From Promethearchaeota archaeon (GTDB lineage Archaea > Asgardarchaeota > Lokiarchaeia > Sigyniarchaeales > SOKP01): a stretch of 64,000 bases of DNA. Positions 19,954-31,055 of this stretch are shown in pieces. The position numbers and the translations under genes were made by a program. The first letter of the stretch is position 1, and the number at the start of each line of letters is the position of its first letter. Location of the stretch: assembly GCA_019058245.1 (NCBI GenBank), contig JAHPZJ010000013.1:105166-169165 (forward strand), written 5' to 3'. Under the pieces are notes generated by a model. The model made no database searches and was not told the origin of the DNA. It worked only from the letters and a program-made list of their open reading frames with translations.

Positions 19954-21999
19954 ATGACAAATAGTTTCACTTATAAAGCAGACGTTATGGAAATTCCTTA
20001 TGAAAAAACCTTTAAAACTCGTGAAAAACCTGTCTCAGATACTAAATTTGTCATTTCATTAACGAGTCCAGCAATTATTCTTTTTTTAATTGCCGTCCTT
20101 ATACCAATTGCCCTTGGTATTTTTATAAGTTTTACTAATAGTAGCGCTCAAACGGGTTATTTTGGAAATAGGTTAATTCTTACAAATTTTTATGAATTAT
20201 TATTTTATGGGAAAAGAAATTCAGATCTTTTTTGGCAATATACATATCAAACTATTTTTTTCTCTGTAGCCTCTTTGAGTATTGAATTCATATTAGGTTT
20301 ATTATTTGCTCTTATATTAAATAAAGAATTTAAAGGTCGTGGATTAGCAAGGGCAACATTACTTATTCCATGGGCAATTCCAACAGTTGCCTCAGCAACT
20401 ATATTTAGATATGAAATCTTTGCGCCTGCTGATAGTTATGGGCTCGTAAATAATATAATTACACTTCTAAATTTTCAACCAGTAAATTTTTATGGTCCAG
20501 ATGCACAAATTCTTTTTCAATTACCTGTTTTAATTCCTTATGAACCATATATTACCGAAATTCCAATTAAAATGACTATGGTTGTTGTAATAATAATTGA
20601 CGTATGGAAAACAACGCCTTTTATTACTTTATTAATATTAGCTGCTTTACAGATTGTCCCTAAGGATTTATATAAAGCCGGAGATATTGCGGGGACCAGC
20701 AGTTGGCAGAAATTTAGATATATCTCCTGGCCATTAATAAAACCAGGTGTTGGAATAGCCTTGGTATTTCGTATGATGCAAGCACTTAGAGTTTATGATT
20801 CCGTAGTAGTTTTTAATGACAATAGTGTTAATTCTATGACATCCCAATCAGTTATTTTATGGATTAGTGGAGATTTTGGGCTTGCATCTACAGTAGCAGT
20901 TTTATTATTTCTTTTAATTATAATTTTTGCGAGTCTTATTTTAATTTCAACAAGAAGAAAAGAAAAACCCGAATCAGGAAAAAGAGCAGAAGGTGATATA
21001 ACCTATCAAGAAAAAAAAACAATTTATAGGGTTGATCAATTTCTTGAAGCTACAGGTATAGGCTTTAAAACGAAAATTAAACCACCTTCACAGCGAAAAA
21101 TTAAGAAGTATAAAAGGCAGAGATATTTAAGAAGAATATTCTTTTATTTTTCTGCTATAGTTATGTGTATTTTTTGCGCTTTACCTTTTATTTGGATTTT
21201 TCTAAGATCATTTAGATATCCATATCCAGATATAAGCCAAACTTCATTTGAATTAATACCAAAAGTTTTTTCAATAGATTCATATAAAATCCTTTTTCAA
21301 ACCTCACGATTTACAGGAGTATCATTTGATAAAGCTCTTATTAATAGTACTATACTTTCTGGATTAACAGTGTTAGTTGTTATAATTATCGGTTCTTTAA
21401 TTGCATATGCTATTGCAAAATTTAAATTTCGAGGAAAAAATATTTTAAATTCTTTCGTTTTTTCTATGAATAGTCTTCCCCCTTTAGTTATTATTATTCC
21501 ATTTTTTATTCAGATTATAGCGGTAAATAGTTTAATGCCATTCGTACAACTTAAAGATAATATTTTTACACTAGTTTTACCTTATGCTGCGTTTAATCTG
21601 CCATTAGCAGTTTTTGTTTTAATAGCATTTTTCAAGGAGATACCTAAAGAATTATGGAGTGCTGCTAAAGTTGATGGAGCAACTAATTTCCAAGTATTTA
21701 GGAAAATAATTCTTCCATTAACAATTCCTGGAATTTTTACATGCGCTATTTTAGTGTTTATATCAGCATGGAATGAACTCCTTTTCGCACAAATATTTTT
21801 AACTACTGATGCTCACCATACTGTTCCACGAGCCATATTAAGATTTGTTTTCAATGAATTAAGTCTACAGGCTCCTTGGGATACAGGTATAGTTTTAATG
21901 GCTGCAACATCGTTGGCAACAGTACCTTTAGTAATTGTGGTTCTAATATTTCAAAAAAAAATAATTAGTGGGTTAACTCAAGGTGCTGTGAAAGGATAA
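19954..21999 (+). CDS. Fused MalF-MalG-type carbohydrate ABC permease
   Basis: Two permease halves, each with an EAA-like loop (LYKAGDIAG, LWSAAKVDGA); ends GLTQGAVKG. Confidence 0.88.
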   Translation: MTNSFTYKADVMEIPYEKTFKTREKPVSDTKFVISLTSPAIILFLIAVLIPIALGIFISFTNSSAQTGYFGNRLILTNFYELLFYGKRNSDLFWQYTYQTIFFSVASLSIEFILGLLFALILNKEFKGRGLARATLLIPWAIPTVASATIFRYEIFAPADSYGLVNNIITLLNFQPVNFYGPDAQILFQLPVLIPYEPYITEIPIKMTMVVVIIIDVWKTTPFITLLILAALQIVPKDLYKAGDIAGTSSWQKFRYISWPLIKPGVGIALVFRMMQALRVYDSVVVFNDNSVNSMTSQSVILWISGDFGLASTVAVLLFLLIIIFASLILISTRRKEKPESGKRAEGDITYQEKKTIYRVDQFLEATGIGFKTKIKPPSQRKIKKYKRQRYLRRIFFYFSAIVMCIFCALPFIWIFLRSFRYPYPDISQTSFELIPKVFSIDSYKILFQTSRFTGVSFDKALINSTILSGLTVLVVIIIGSLIAYAIAKFKFRGKNILNSFVFSMNSLPPLVIIIPFFIQIIAVNSLMPFVQLKDNIFTLVLPYAAFNLPLAVFVLIAFFKEIPKELWSAAKVDGATNFQVFRKIILPLTIPGIFTCAILVFISAWNELLFAQIFLTTDAHHTVPRAILRFVFNELSLQAPWDTGIVLMAATSLATVPLVIVVLIFQKKIISGLTQGAVKG

Positions 22000-22027
22000 T
22001 TATAATTTAATATGTGAAGGTGTAAAT

Positions 22028-23119
22028 ATGGTAATAATAAGATTAGAAAATGTAAATAAAGTTTTTCAACCAGATGTGCATGTATTGAATGATATCAACC
22101 TTGAAATTAAGGATAAAGAATTCATGGTTCTTGTAGGTCCATCTGGATGCGGGAAATCTACCTGTTTAAATATAATTGCTGGATTAGAATATGTAACAAA
22201 TGGTAAAGTGTTTTTTGATGATGCAGATGTAACATATTTGCCCCCAAAAGAAAGAAAAATAGCAATGGTTTTTCAAAGTTATGCTTTATATCCTCATATG
22301 AATGTAAGAGATAATATGGGATTCGCTTTGAAATTAGCTAAAGTTAATAAAAACGAAATAAATAAAAGAGTAAATGCCGCAGCAAAACTCTTAGAAATCT
22401 CTAATTTATTGGATAGAAAGCCAGGAGAATTAAGTGGAGGACAGCGCCAAAGGGTAGCATTAGGGAGATCAATTGTAAGAAACCCGACGGTTTTTCTCTT
22501 TGATGAACCTTTAAGCAATTTAGATGCTAAATTACGTATTCAAATGAGAGGTGAAATTATCAAATTACAACGAACACTTCAAATTACTCAAGTATATGTA
22601 ACTCATGATCAAGTAGAAGCAATGTCAATGGCAGATCGTATAGCTATTCTATTTAACGGTAAATTTCAGCAAATTGGAACACCTAGTGATGTGTATAATA
22701 AACCAGCAAATATGTTTGTAGCAGGATTTATTGGATCTCCTACGATGAATTTTTTTAACTCGAAATTAGATTCTAATAAATTAATTTTTGGTAGACAAGA
22801 GTACGCTTTGCCCTTAAATATTATAGAAATTCTTAGAAATAAAAAAGTAAATGAATTTATTTTGGGTATTCGTCCCGAACATATAAATATTTCTCCCGTT
22901 CCTAATGATCAATCCTATGAAGTTGAACTAACAGTTGTAGAATTTCTTGGAGCGGAAACAATTATTACTTATGAGTTTGCAGATGGAATTAGTGGCATGG
23001 TTTCTGCTTCTGGTTTTTATGATGCTAAAATGGGTGATAAGGCATATATCTCATTCCCCTCTGAGAAAATCCATATATTTGATAAAGAAACAGAGATAAA
23101 TATTATTCATAAATCTTAA
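22028..23119 (+). CDS. malK: Sugar ABC transporter ATPase (MalK/UgpC)
   Basis: GPSGCGKS, LSGGQRQR, DEPLSNLD, VTHDQ. Confidence 0.93.
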   Translation: MVIIRLENVNKVFQPDVHVLNDINLEIKDKEFMVLVGPSGCGKSTCLNIIAGLEYVTNGKVFFDDADVTYLPPKERKIAMVFQSYALYPHMNVRDNMGFALKLAKVNKNEINKRVNAAAKLLEISNLLDRKPGELSGGQRQRVALGRSIVRNPTVFLFDEPLSNLDAKLRIQMRGEIIKLQRTLQITQVYVTHDQVEAMSMADRIAILFNGKFQQIGTPSDVYNKPANMFVAGFIGSPTMNFFNSKLDSNKLIFGRQEYALPLNIIEILRNKKVNEFILGIRPEHINISPVPNDQSYEVELTVVEFLGAETIITYEFADGISGMVSASGFYDAKMGDKAYISFPSEKIHIFDKETEINIIHKS

Positions 23120-23146
23120 TTGTAATAAATAATAGAAATAAAAAAT

Positions 23147-23632
23147 GTGACCAATATTTCATTTGCAACTTTATATCAAAAAGCAAGAGAAAAGAATGTT
23201 CTTGCTGGAATAGTGATAGTTGATTTGATTGCGTTTATTTCATATGTGATTTTTTCTGCTGGGATTTTTTATTATGGTGATCTCCAGATGTGTATTGGGT
23301 GTATCATAGGTACTATATTTGCTCTTAAGAATATTAAATCAAATCAATCGTATTTAAAACATGGTATAATAGTTGGCTTAGGTGGAACTATTTTAACTGC
23401 GATATCATGCAGTATTTTTGATTGGATAATTTTATCTTCAATAAATGGATTAAATTTATCTTATTTTCTAATAATTTTAGGATTTTTTTTTATTGAAGCA
23501 ATTATAATTGGCATTATAATTGGTTTAACAATAGGCGGGATTATGTGGATTTTTTATCACTCTAAGGATAAAAGCCTTAGAGAAAAATCAATAAAGGAAG
23601 ATGAATTTTATGAAGGTCTAATAGAAAAATAA
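23147..23632 (+). CDS. Hypothetical multi-pass membrane protein
   Basis: About four hydrophobic segments. Confidence 0.65.
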   Translation: MTNISFATLYQKAREKNVLAGIVIVDLIAFISYVIFSAGIFYYGDLQMCIGCIIGTIFALKNIKSNQSYLKHGIIVGLGGTILTAISCSIFDWIILSSINGLNLSYFLIILGFFFIEAIIIGIIIGLTIGGIMWIFYHSKDKSLREKSIKEDEFYEGLIEK

Positions 23633-23673
23633 ATTAAATATCAATTTAATTAATAGTTAAGAGTAAATAAAGA

Positions 23674-23940
23674 TTGATTAAAATGGAATTTAGAAAATTT
23701 TTAAGTAAGTTTATCGAGTATAATAAAAATATTCTAAAAAAGTTAATAATAATTTGTATTCTTGTATTATATTTCTCATTTTTGGTTTTCTATAATATTT
23801 TTAGAAGATCTTTAAATTATTCTATAGGATCAAGCTTTCTCTTTGGCGTAATATTTGGTTTAATATTTACTTTTTTAATTATTTTTCTAATAGATATCCT
23901 ACGTTTTTTTTATTTAATTAAATCAGGAAGAGAAGTATGA
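23674..23940 (+). CDS. Hypothetical small membrane protein
   Basis: Two hydrophobic segments. Confidence 0.45.
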   Translation: MIKMEFRKFLSKFIEYNKNILKKLIIICILVLYFSFLVFYNIFRRSLNYSIGSSFLFGVIFGLIFTFLIIFLIDILRFFYLIKSGREV

Positions 23941-24063
23941 AACATTTTGTCACTTTCATTTCCCGCCCTAAATATAAATTATTTAAAAAAAATATCCAAT
24001 AAAACTATATTTAAGAATTAATTTTAGATTATCAATAGAGAAAATATTGAAATATTTAGTTGG

Positions 24064-25488
24064 ATGTTTGTCGAATATTTTTATTATCTTAAAGAAAGAT
24101 TGCCCGTAAGCATTACGGAATATATGACATTAATACAGGCTCTCAATCAAGGTCTTATTCATAATATGGTTGAGTTTTATTACATTTCACGTTCAATTTT
24201 ATGTAAAAATGAGCATCATTTTGATATATATGACATTGCATTTGCTAATTTTTTCAAAGAAGCTATGCTTAAATTCCCAGATGATATTAAACAAGAAATA
24301 TGGGATTGGCTCAATAAAGATATTACACTTCCAGAACTTGTAGAAGGCTTAAAATTAATTTTAAAAGAATATCAAGAATATATAAATATCGAAGATTTAG
24401 AACAATTTCTTGAAGAACTGCTAGAAAAATTTGGATCAGTGGATGGAAGTAAAATACTCATTAATGCACCGGAGCAAATAAAAGATGAAATCTGGAAATG
24501 GTTAGAAAAGAATTTTGATCTATCAAATATAGAAGGAAATCTTCAAGAAATGATGAGTCAATTTCTTGAGCTTGAAGAAATGCAAAAGCGATTTGAAGAG
24601 CTAATGCAGATGCAAAATGAAGAACATAATAAGGGTTCCCGTTGGATTGGCACGCAAGGAACATCACCCTTTGGTCATGGAGGTCAGAATCCAATGGGTA
24701 TGAGGGTTGGAGGCTCTGCAGGTATGCGAATGGCTATGCAAATTGCGCAAAAAAGGATCTTTAAAGATTATAGAAAAGATATTGTGTTAGATACAAGGCA
24801 AATTAAAGTAGCTCTAAAACGACTTAAAAAATTAGAAGAAATCGGGAAAAAAGATGAATTAGATTTAGATAAAACGATTGATAAAACTGCTAAAAACTAT
24901 GGAGACATCGAATTAGTTTTTGATAAAAAGAGAAAAAATAATGTAAGAATGATTCTTTTAATGGATGTTGGAGGTAGTATGACTCCTTATGCTCATTTGG
25001 TTAATCTTCTTTTCTCCGCAGCAAATAATATGTCTCATTGGCGAGAATTCAAATATTATTACTTCCATAATTGTATTTATGAAACTCTCTATCTCAATGC
25101 TCGAAGGAATCCAGAAGAAGCAATAGATTTTAATGAATTTTTAAGAAAATATGATAGTAGATATAAGGTGGTTGTCGTTGGGGATGCTGCAATGGCAAGT
25201 TGGGAACTTACGGAAAAATATGGCTCTATATACTATTATCATAGAAATGAATTACCTGGTATTTATTATATTAGAGAGCTGGCAAATCATTTCAAAAATA
25301 ATGTAGTTTGGTTAAATCCTGAGCTTATAAGGCCTCAATGGGCCGCTTGGACACGAAAAATTATTTCAAGCATTATTCCAATGTTCGATTTAACTGTAGA
25401 AGGAATTGAAGTAGCCATGGATTTTCTTAGAAAAAGTGGTAAAAATATGTTTACTACTGTTCAGATGTTAAAAGGGTTAAACTATTAA
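24064..25488 (+). CDS. VWA-domain CoxE-like protein
   Basis: GTSPFGHGG, MIDAS-like DVGGSM, YYFHNC, VGDA. Confidence 0.85.
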   Translation: MFVEYFYYLKERLPVSITEYMTLIQALNQGLIHNMVEFYYISRSILCKNEHHFDIYDIAFANFFKEAMLKFPDDIKQEIWDWLNKDITLPELVEGLKLILKEYQEYINIEDLEQFLEELLEKFGSVDGSKILINAPEQIKDEIWKWLEKNFDLSNIEGNLQEMMSQFLELEEMQKRFEELMQMQNEEHNKGSRWIGTQGTSPFGHGGQNPMGMRVGGSAGMRMAMQIAQKRIFKDYRKDIVLDTRQIKVALKRLKKLEEIGKKDELDLDKTIDKTAKNYGDIELVFDKKRKNNVRMILLMDVGGSMTPYAHLVNLLFSAANNMSHWREFKYYYFHNCIYETLYLNARRNPEEAIDFNEFLRKYDSRYKVVVVGDAAMASWELTEKYGSIYYYHRNELPGIYYIRELANHFKNNVVWLNPELIRPQWAAWTRKIISSIIPMFDLTVEGIEVAMDFLRKSGKNMFTTVQMLKGLNY

Positions 25489-25517
25489 TCCTAATAGATT
25501 CATATTTTTATATATTT

Positions 25518-26048
25518 TTAATTTTTATCAAAAGGATCTGGGATTTTTATATCAAGCATAAATTGAAGCATCCCAAAAGCTAACACTATTAATAAAAATG
25601 CAATTACCAAAATCCAATCTGCAAATTTTTTATTGTAAACATATTTTGATGCATGATATATAAATATAAATCCGGTTGAGAACAGAAGCATTAGAACTGA
25701 TGCAACTATACTTTCAATAATAAAAGCTTCATAAATCTCGTCATACCATATCAAAATTGGTATATTATTGTTATCTGAAACCATCGAAGGAGGTTTTTTC
25801 ACAATCAAATATATTACTCCAGTTTGAAGAATGAATAAAATTGTAAAAATACCAATAATAATAAATGATTTAGGCGGTAAGGGTAATCTTAATCTAGGGC
25901 GTTTGAATTTAGGAAAGATAATTTTTGGTTTCCTAATTTTTTGACCAAAGATCCATGGAGTTTTCTTTTTAATTTTTTCAAAAATTGTTTCCGAACCGAG
26001 AATTTCTTTCTTTTTATTCTGATCTTTAATTTTTACTTGTTTTCTCAA
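25518..26048 (-). CDS. OSTC/DC2 (OST3/OST6-family)-like oligosaccharyltransferase subunit
   Basis: FILQTGVIY...PPS, FIIESIVAS...GFIFI, three TMs, KIP near the end; resembles the recalled eukaryotic DC2 layout. Confidence 0.65.
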   Translation of the reverse strand: MRKQVKIKDQNKKKEILGSETIFEKIKKKTPWIFGQKIRKPKIIFPKFKRPRLRLPLPPKSFIIIGIFTILFILQTGVIYLIVKKPPSMVSDNNNIPILIWYDEIYEAFIIESIVASVLMLLFSTGFIFIYHASKYVYNKKFADWILVIAFLLIVLAFGMLQFMLDIKIPDPFDKN

Positions 26049-26412
26049 ATTGATTTTAACCTTAAAATACGAATTCTAATATACAGTTTAAAATATCTAT
26101 AATCTTCCTCAAGATCATAGTTAATATAAAACAATCAATACAAAAAGTGAAGTTATTATATACAATATACGAAAAAATATTATAGATTTAAAGATTTAAA
26201 ATAAAAAATCCCAATTTGTATAATAGAACAAATATTCACTTTTCATATTGATGGATTTATATATTGAAAATTATAATTCATCAATAATAAAAAAAAAATT
26301 GTGATAATCTCTTTTCAATTTGTTTTTAACAAAACTAGTAGATTAATTACTAATAACTAATCTATAATTTTAGAATCCAATTTGATTAATTATAATATTT
26401 ATATTAAAGAAG

Positions 26413-27453
26413 ATGAAAAAAAACCTAAAAATTAAACTTAAAATTCTTTTTTTAATGAATTTATTCATCTTACCTTTAGTATTCTATATATATTCTAATC
26501 ATATAAAAAATGTAGAAAAAGTTAATGAAGATTATAATGTAAAAGATTTTGATTTAGATGATTTCCATTTTTCAGGCACAATCAATGAAGAAATCTCTGT
26601 TATTTCATTTGAAAATCCTCAAATTAGAGAATTTAATAATTTCATTGAACTAATATTAAGAAATCAAGAAAATTCTTATTTTATTTTTAGTTTTAATGCA
26701 ATCTTCTTACCATTTCTGCTTCTGGTACTTTTTATAAATATTTCAATAAATAAAAACTTTAAAGAGGTACACTCATTAGAAATTGAAGGCATATTAATAA
26801 CGAAAAAGGAAATGAAGATATTTGACTTAATTCAAGAATATTTAAATCATAATAGGATTTTTACCAAAGATAGCGTGGTTTCATATATCAAATCAAGATC
26901 TAAAACGAACGGCAACCTAAATTATAATGGTATTATAACTGTTATTGATTCACTCTTAACAAAGAATTTAATCCTTGAAGGGTCAAAATTTACTAGAAAA
27001 ACAGTTCTTTTAAATTCAAATAGGAAAACCGTTTATGATATGATAAATGAATATCCTGGAATCTATATGAATAAATTATCGAAAAAATTAAAATTAAGCC
27101 CATTTGTTATAAAGTGGCATTTATCAATATTGTCGAAATTTAATTTAATAAGAAAATTAAAGTTGAATAACAAAATATCCTATTTCAATTCTTCTTTGAA
27201 TACAGAAAATGATGAGCTTTTCAATATAATCTCAAGAGAAAAATGCATGAAAATAATTAGTTTTTTACATAAAAACAATAAAGGATATACTAAAAATCAA
27301 ATTGCTAAGTTATTAAATATGCATTACAATACAACAACTAAATACCTAAATGAAATTGATAAATTTAATTTATTAATTAAAAAACAAGCAAACAAGACTG
27401 AATATATTTATCTAAATGAAAATTATTATAAAAGTATAATAAAAGAATCTTGA
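26413..27453 (+). CDS. Membrane-anchored winged-helix transcription regulator
   Basis: Two N-terminal TMs; R..VY..I..YPGI...L...WHL..L, plus a second HTH. Confidence 0.7.
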   Translation: MKKNLKIKLKILFLMNLFILPLVFYIYSNHIKNVEKVNEDYNVKDFDLDDFHFSGTINEEISVISFENPQIREFNNFIELILRNQENSYFIFSFNAIFLPFLLLVLFINISINKNFKEVHSLEIEGILITKKEMKIFDLIQEYLNHNRIFTKDSVVSYIKSRSKTNGNLNYNGIITVIDSLLTKNLILEGSKFTRKTVLLNSNRKTVYDMINEYPGIYMNKLSKKLKLSPFVIKWHLSILSKFNLIRKLKLNNKISYFNSSLNTENDELFNIISREKCMKIISFLHKNNKGYTKNQIAKLLNMHYNTTTKYLNEIDKFNLLIKKQANKTEYIYLNENYYKSIIKES

Positions 27454-27674
27454 ATTTTAAATTAAATCATTTTTTACTATTTGTACTACTTATTGAAACA
27501 TAAATAGTTTCTATAAGAATAAATTATATTCATAAATTTCTTTCATAATATTACTAGTTGAGATCATATACTAAAAATCAAATTTTTAGATTTTGATTAT
27601 TATTTACCGAAAAACTCATGATTTCATTTCTTAAATAAATTTTTTAGATGATACACACAAAAAGAGTATAAGTT

Positions 27675-29183
27675 ATGGATTCATTGAATAATAAGTTAAA
27701 GAAATCTGAGATAAATTATTTTAATCTTATTAATAACATTTTAGATGTAGTAGTAGAATTAAGATTAGATTTTATTATTGATTATATTAATCCTCAAATT
27801 TTAGATTTAGCTGGATATCAGCCTGATGAAATAATAGGAAGAAATTCACTAGAATTTATTCATCCTGATGATAGACAAGAAGTAATTAAAGCAATTGACA
27901 AAGGAATAAAGACAGGAGAAACAATCTCAATAGTATTTAGAATTCAACATAAAGAAGGTTTTTATGTACCCACTTTTGCCAGGGGGCGTAAGATAGAGTA
28001 TGATAATCAAACTAGAATCATAAGTACACTTAGAGATATATCAAAAGAATTAAAAAAGGAACAGAAGTTAAAGGAATCCGATGTAAGATACAGAGAAATT
28101 ATTGAGAATATTAAAGATGGTTACTTTGAAATAGATCTAAATGGAAATTATACTTACGTTAACAATTATATTTGTAAATACTTAAACGTCTCTAAAGATG
28201 AAATAATAGGGAAAAATTATACTTTATTCTTAGAAAAAAGTTCACAAGAGGAAGTATTTAAAGCATTTAATGAAGTTTACACAAAAAATCTTCAAAAAGG
28301 TTCTTTTCAGAGTAAAATAATAAGAGGAGACGGAGAAAAACGTATCTTCGAAGGATATTTTTACTTAAGATATAACAATGATGGAAAAATAAATGGTTTT
28401 TACGGCTTTACTCGAGATATTACTGAGAGAAAAGAAGCAGAACAGAAATTAAAGGAATCTGAAAAAAGATTTCGAGAAGCTTATAATCGAGCTGAATTAT
28501 ATAAAGATCTCTTTTACCATGATATAAATAATCTTCTTTCTAATATAAGTATCTCCGTTGACCTTAGTGAAAAACATCTGAAGGATTCATCTGAAGAAGA
28601 AAATATTAAGGTTTTTTATAATGTCATTAGAGATCAATTTGCGAGAGGAAAAAGATTAATATCTAATGTTAAAAATCTATCTGAATTAGCAGATTCCAAG
28701 ATTTCTTTAAAATCAATAAATGCATTCGAAGTATTACAGGATGCTATACAATATATTCATAATAGTGTCCATACTAAAAAAGTTAATATTTTCGTTGATT
28801 CTTTCGATAAAGAAATATATATTCGTGCAAATGAACTATTATCAGATGTTTTTGAGAATATATTAGTGAATGCTGTTAAATACAATGAAAATCAAACAAT
28901 AGAAATTTTTGTAAAGATCTCCAGAGATAATAAATTAAACAAGAACTTTTTAAAGTTTGAGTTTATGGATAATGGAATTGGTATAACAGATCAAAAAAAA
29001 GAAATAATATTTATACAGGGATATAATAAAGATAAGGGTTCTAAGGGTATGGGAATTGGATTGACACTGGTTAAAAAGATACTAGATAATTATAGTGGCG
29101 AAATCTGGGTTGAAGATAAGGTAAAAGGAGATTATGCGAAGGGAAGCAATTTTATTATTCTAATTCCAGAAATCATAAATTAA
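27675..29183 (+). CDS. PAS-PAS sensor histidine kinase
   Basis: Two PAS domains (IHPDD), HDINN H-box, NAVKY, DNGIG, GMGIGL. Confidence 0.92.
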   Translation: MDSLNNKLKKSEINYFNLINNILDVVVELRLDFIIDYINPQILDLAGYQPDEIIGRNSLEFIHPDDRQEVIKAIDKGIKTGETISIVFRIQHKEGFYVPTFARGRKIEYDNQTRIISTLRDISKELKKEQKLKESDVRYREIIENIKDGYFEIDLNGNYTYVNNYICKYLNVSKDEIIGKNYTLFLEKSSQEEVFKAFNEVYTKNLQKGSFQSKIIRGDGEKRIFEGYFYLRYNNDGKINGFYGFTRDITERKEAEQKLKESEKRFREAYNRAELYKDLFYHDINNLLSNISISVDLSEKHLKDSSEEENIKVFYNVIRDQFARGKRLISNVKNLSELADSKISLKSINAFEVLQDAIQYIHNSVHTKKVNIFVDSFDKEIYIRANELLSDVFENILVNAVKYNENQTIEIFVKISRDNKLNKNFLKFEFMDNGIGITDQKKEIIFIQGYNKDKGSKGMGIGLTLVKKILDNYSGEIWVEDKVKGDYAKGSNFIILIPEIIN

Positions 29184-29375
29184 ATTATCTAATTTTTCAT
29201 TCTCTAATTTCATTAAGTAGAATTAAAACATAAAGATATTATTATCTAATATAAACATTTAAAAGTCTAGGTTTATATTTAATGCTATTGAAAATTCAAT
29301 ATTAAAACACTTTAGATTTATATAAATCAAATATTTTCCCAAACGTATTCAAATAAAAAGAGGAGTTGTATTAGA

Positions 29376-31055
29376 ATTATTAGAAAGAGAACAATCTTAA
29401 TTATAATATTTTCAATAACATCTATTATTGTCCAATTATTCGGAGTGCAATATCTAGGCATTAAATTTACATCTCATGATCTTGAATTTGAATATGTTTA
29501 TAATTGGGACTTAACGGGAACTGGGGGATGGTATGAAGGGTATGAAGAAGCTTTTAGAGCAAAAGGTCATTATAGTATTGTTTTTAACGAAAATTATGCA
29601 AATGTAACAGCTCGAGTTTCATGGAAATTTTCTGAAAACTATTATGGGACCTCACAACGTGGATTAGATACATATATATTTTCATATTCATTAATCGATG
29701 GAGCTTATATATGGGGGACTGATCAAGATGTCCTTAATACTACAAATATGAATGTCTGGTTTCATATTCCTGGAGGGATTAAGGCATCTAAATATGATAT
29801 TCTCGATACATCATATAATGTAAAAAGTGGAGAACATCTTATTTGGGTTGGATCACTAATGCCTTTTAATGGAAAGAAACTTCATAGTGAGGGAAATTAT
29901 TTTCGAGATGATATATATGGTGAATTTGATGTTATTTATGAGGTGGGTAATTTCTTTTCAAAGGAGGGTTATTTAATTGGCGAATTATATAAAGAACAAG
30001 ATTCGGGGTATGATAGGGATACAGGACGTTGGTCAACATTTAGATTAGATTCCTATATTTTTATTACATCTTCGAGTTATCTAAGGCCTTTTAATTTTGG
30101 AATCTACTTTTTAGTGTATTGGGCTCCAATATTATTATGCATGATTCTATTTTATGTTCTATATGAAAACCTTCGTTGGAGACCAAGAATAATTCCGAAA
30201 GGATATGAAGAAATAACCGTTGAGAGAAATTTACCTCAATTTGAGAGTTTTGGGATACAATCGGCTTATTCAGAAATGATACCTTCATATTTAGTTAGAG
30301 CAAGATCTCATGAAAAAAAAATTGTGAGTGCTCATAAAAATGGCGTAATAGAAGGAATAGGATTTATTGATTCAAATGGAAAAGTTGGGACATTTTATGG
30401 AAGTCATGTAGGAGATATGGTAAAATATACTAAAGTAAAATATTTATTTACAGAAATAGGAAGAGGATTAAGAGGTTTTAACACAATCGAGAAATATGAT
30501 ATCTTTGAAATTGATAATATTCAAGAATTAGATTTAAGTTTTGATACTGTAAATATAAAGCCTCTTGAGGAAATTCATTTAGAAGCTATTATGAAAATGA
30601 TAGCAAATGAAGATAGTGGTAAAAAAAGGAAGAAATTTGCTAAGTGGGTTATTAAATCCTATGAGGATGATATCGCGGTTAGTTCTACAGTACCAAGGAC
30701 AGAGCCTTGGGTTCAATCAATAATATCGGATTTATTTCGAGGTGATTATCCCAAACCAGAAATTATAGATGATGAAATAATATTGGGTGTAGGCTTCGCA
30801 ACTCCTGGAGAAGAAACAGGATGGTTATACGGTCTTTATGTACATCCTGCTTTTAGAAATCATGGGATAGGGAGAATGCTTGTATCAGCTCGATTATCAT
30901 CTCTTAAGGAAATTGGTTGTAGACGAGTGATTACGGAAATAGCTGAATGGAATAGCCCTGCAAAAAACATATATGATGATTATAATGCACGAATAATAGG
31001 AAAAATTAATCTTTTAGGTAAAAAAATGCCTAAAGTTAAGGTGAGACGCTACTGA
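29376..31055 (+). CDS. Membrane protein: extracellular domain + TM + C-terminal GNAT acetyltransferase (probable ATT start)
   Basis: Hydrophobic leader in frame upstream of GTG 29445; central TM; LYVHPAFRNHGIGR acetyl-CoA motif. Confidence 0.75.
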   Translation: MIRKRTILIIIFSITSIIVQLFGVQYLGIKFTSHDLEFEYVYNWDLTGTGGWYEGYEEAFRAKGHYSIVFNENYANVTARVSWKFSENYYGTSQRGLDTYIFSYSLIDGAYIWGTDQDVLNTTNMNVWFHIPGGIKASKYDILDTSYNVKSGEHLIWVGSLMPFNGKKLHSEGNYFRDDIYGEFDVIYEVGNFFSKEGYLIGELYKEQDSGYDRDTGRWSTFRLDSYIFITSSSYLRPFNFGIYFLVYWAPILLCMILFYVLYENLRWRPRIIPKGYEEITVERNLPQFESFGIQSAYSEMIPSYLVRARSHEKKIVSAHKNGVIEGIGFIDSNGKVGTFYGSHVGDMVKYTKVKYLFTEIGRGLRGFNTIEKYDIFEIDNIQELDLSFDTVNIKPLEEIHLEAIMKMIANEDSGKKRKKFAKWVIKSYEDDIAVSSTVPRTEPWVQSIISDLFRGDYPKPEIIDDEIILGVGFATPGEETGWLYGLYVHPAFRNHGIGRMLVSARLSSLKEIGCRRVITEIAEWNSPAKNIYDDYNARIIGKINLLGKKMPKVKVRRY

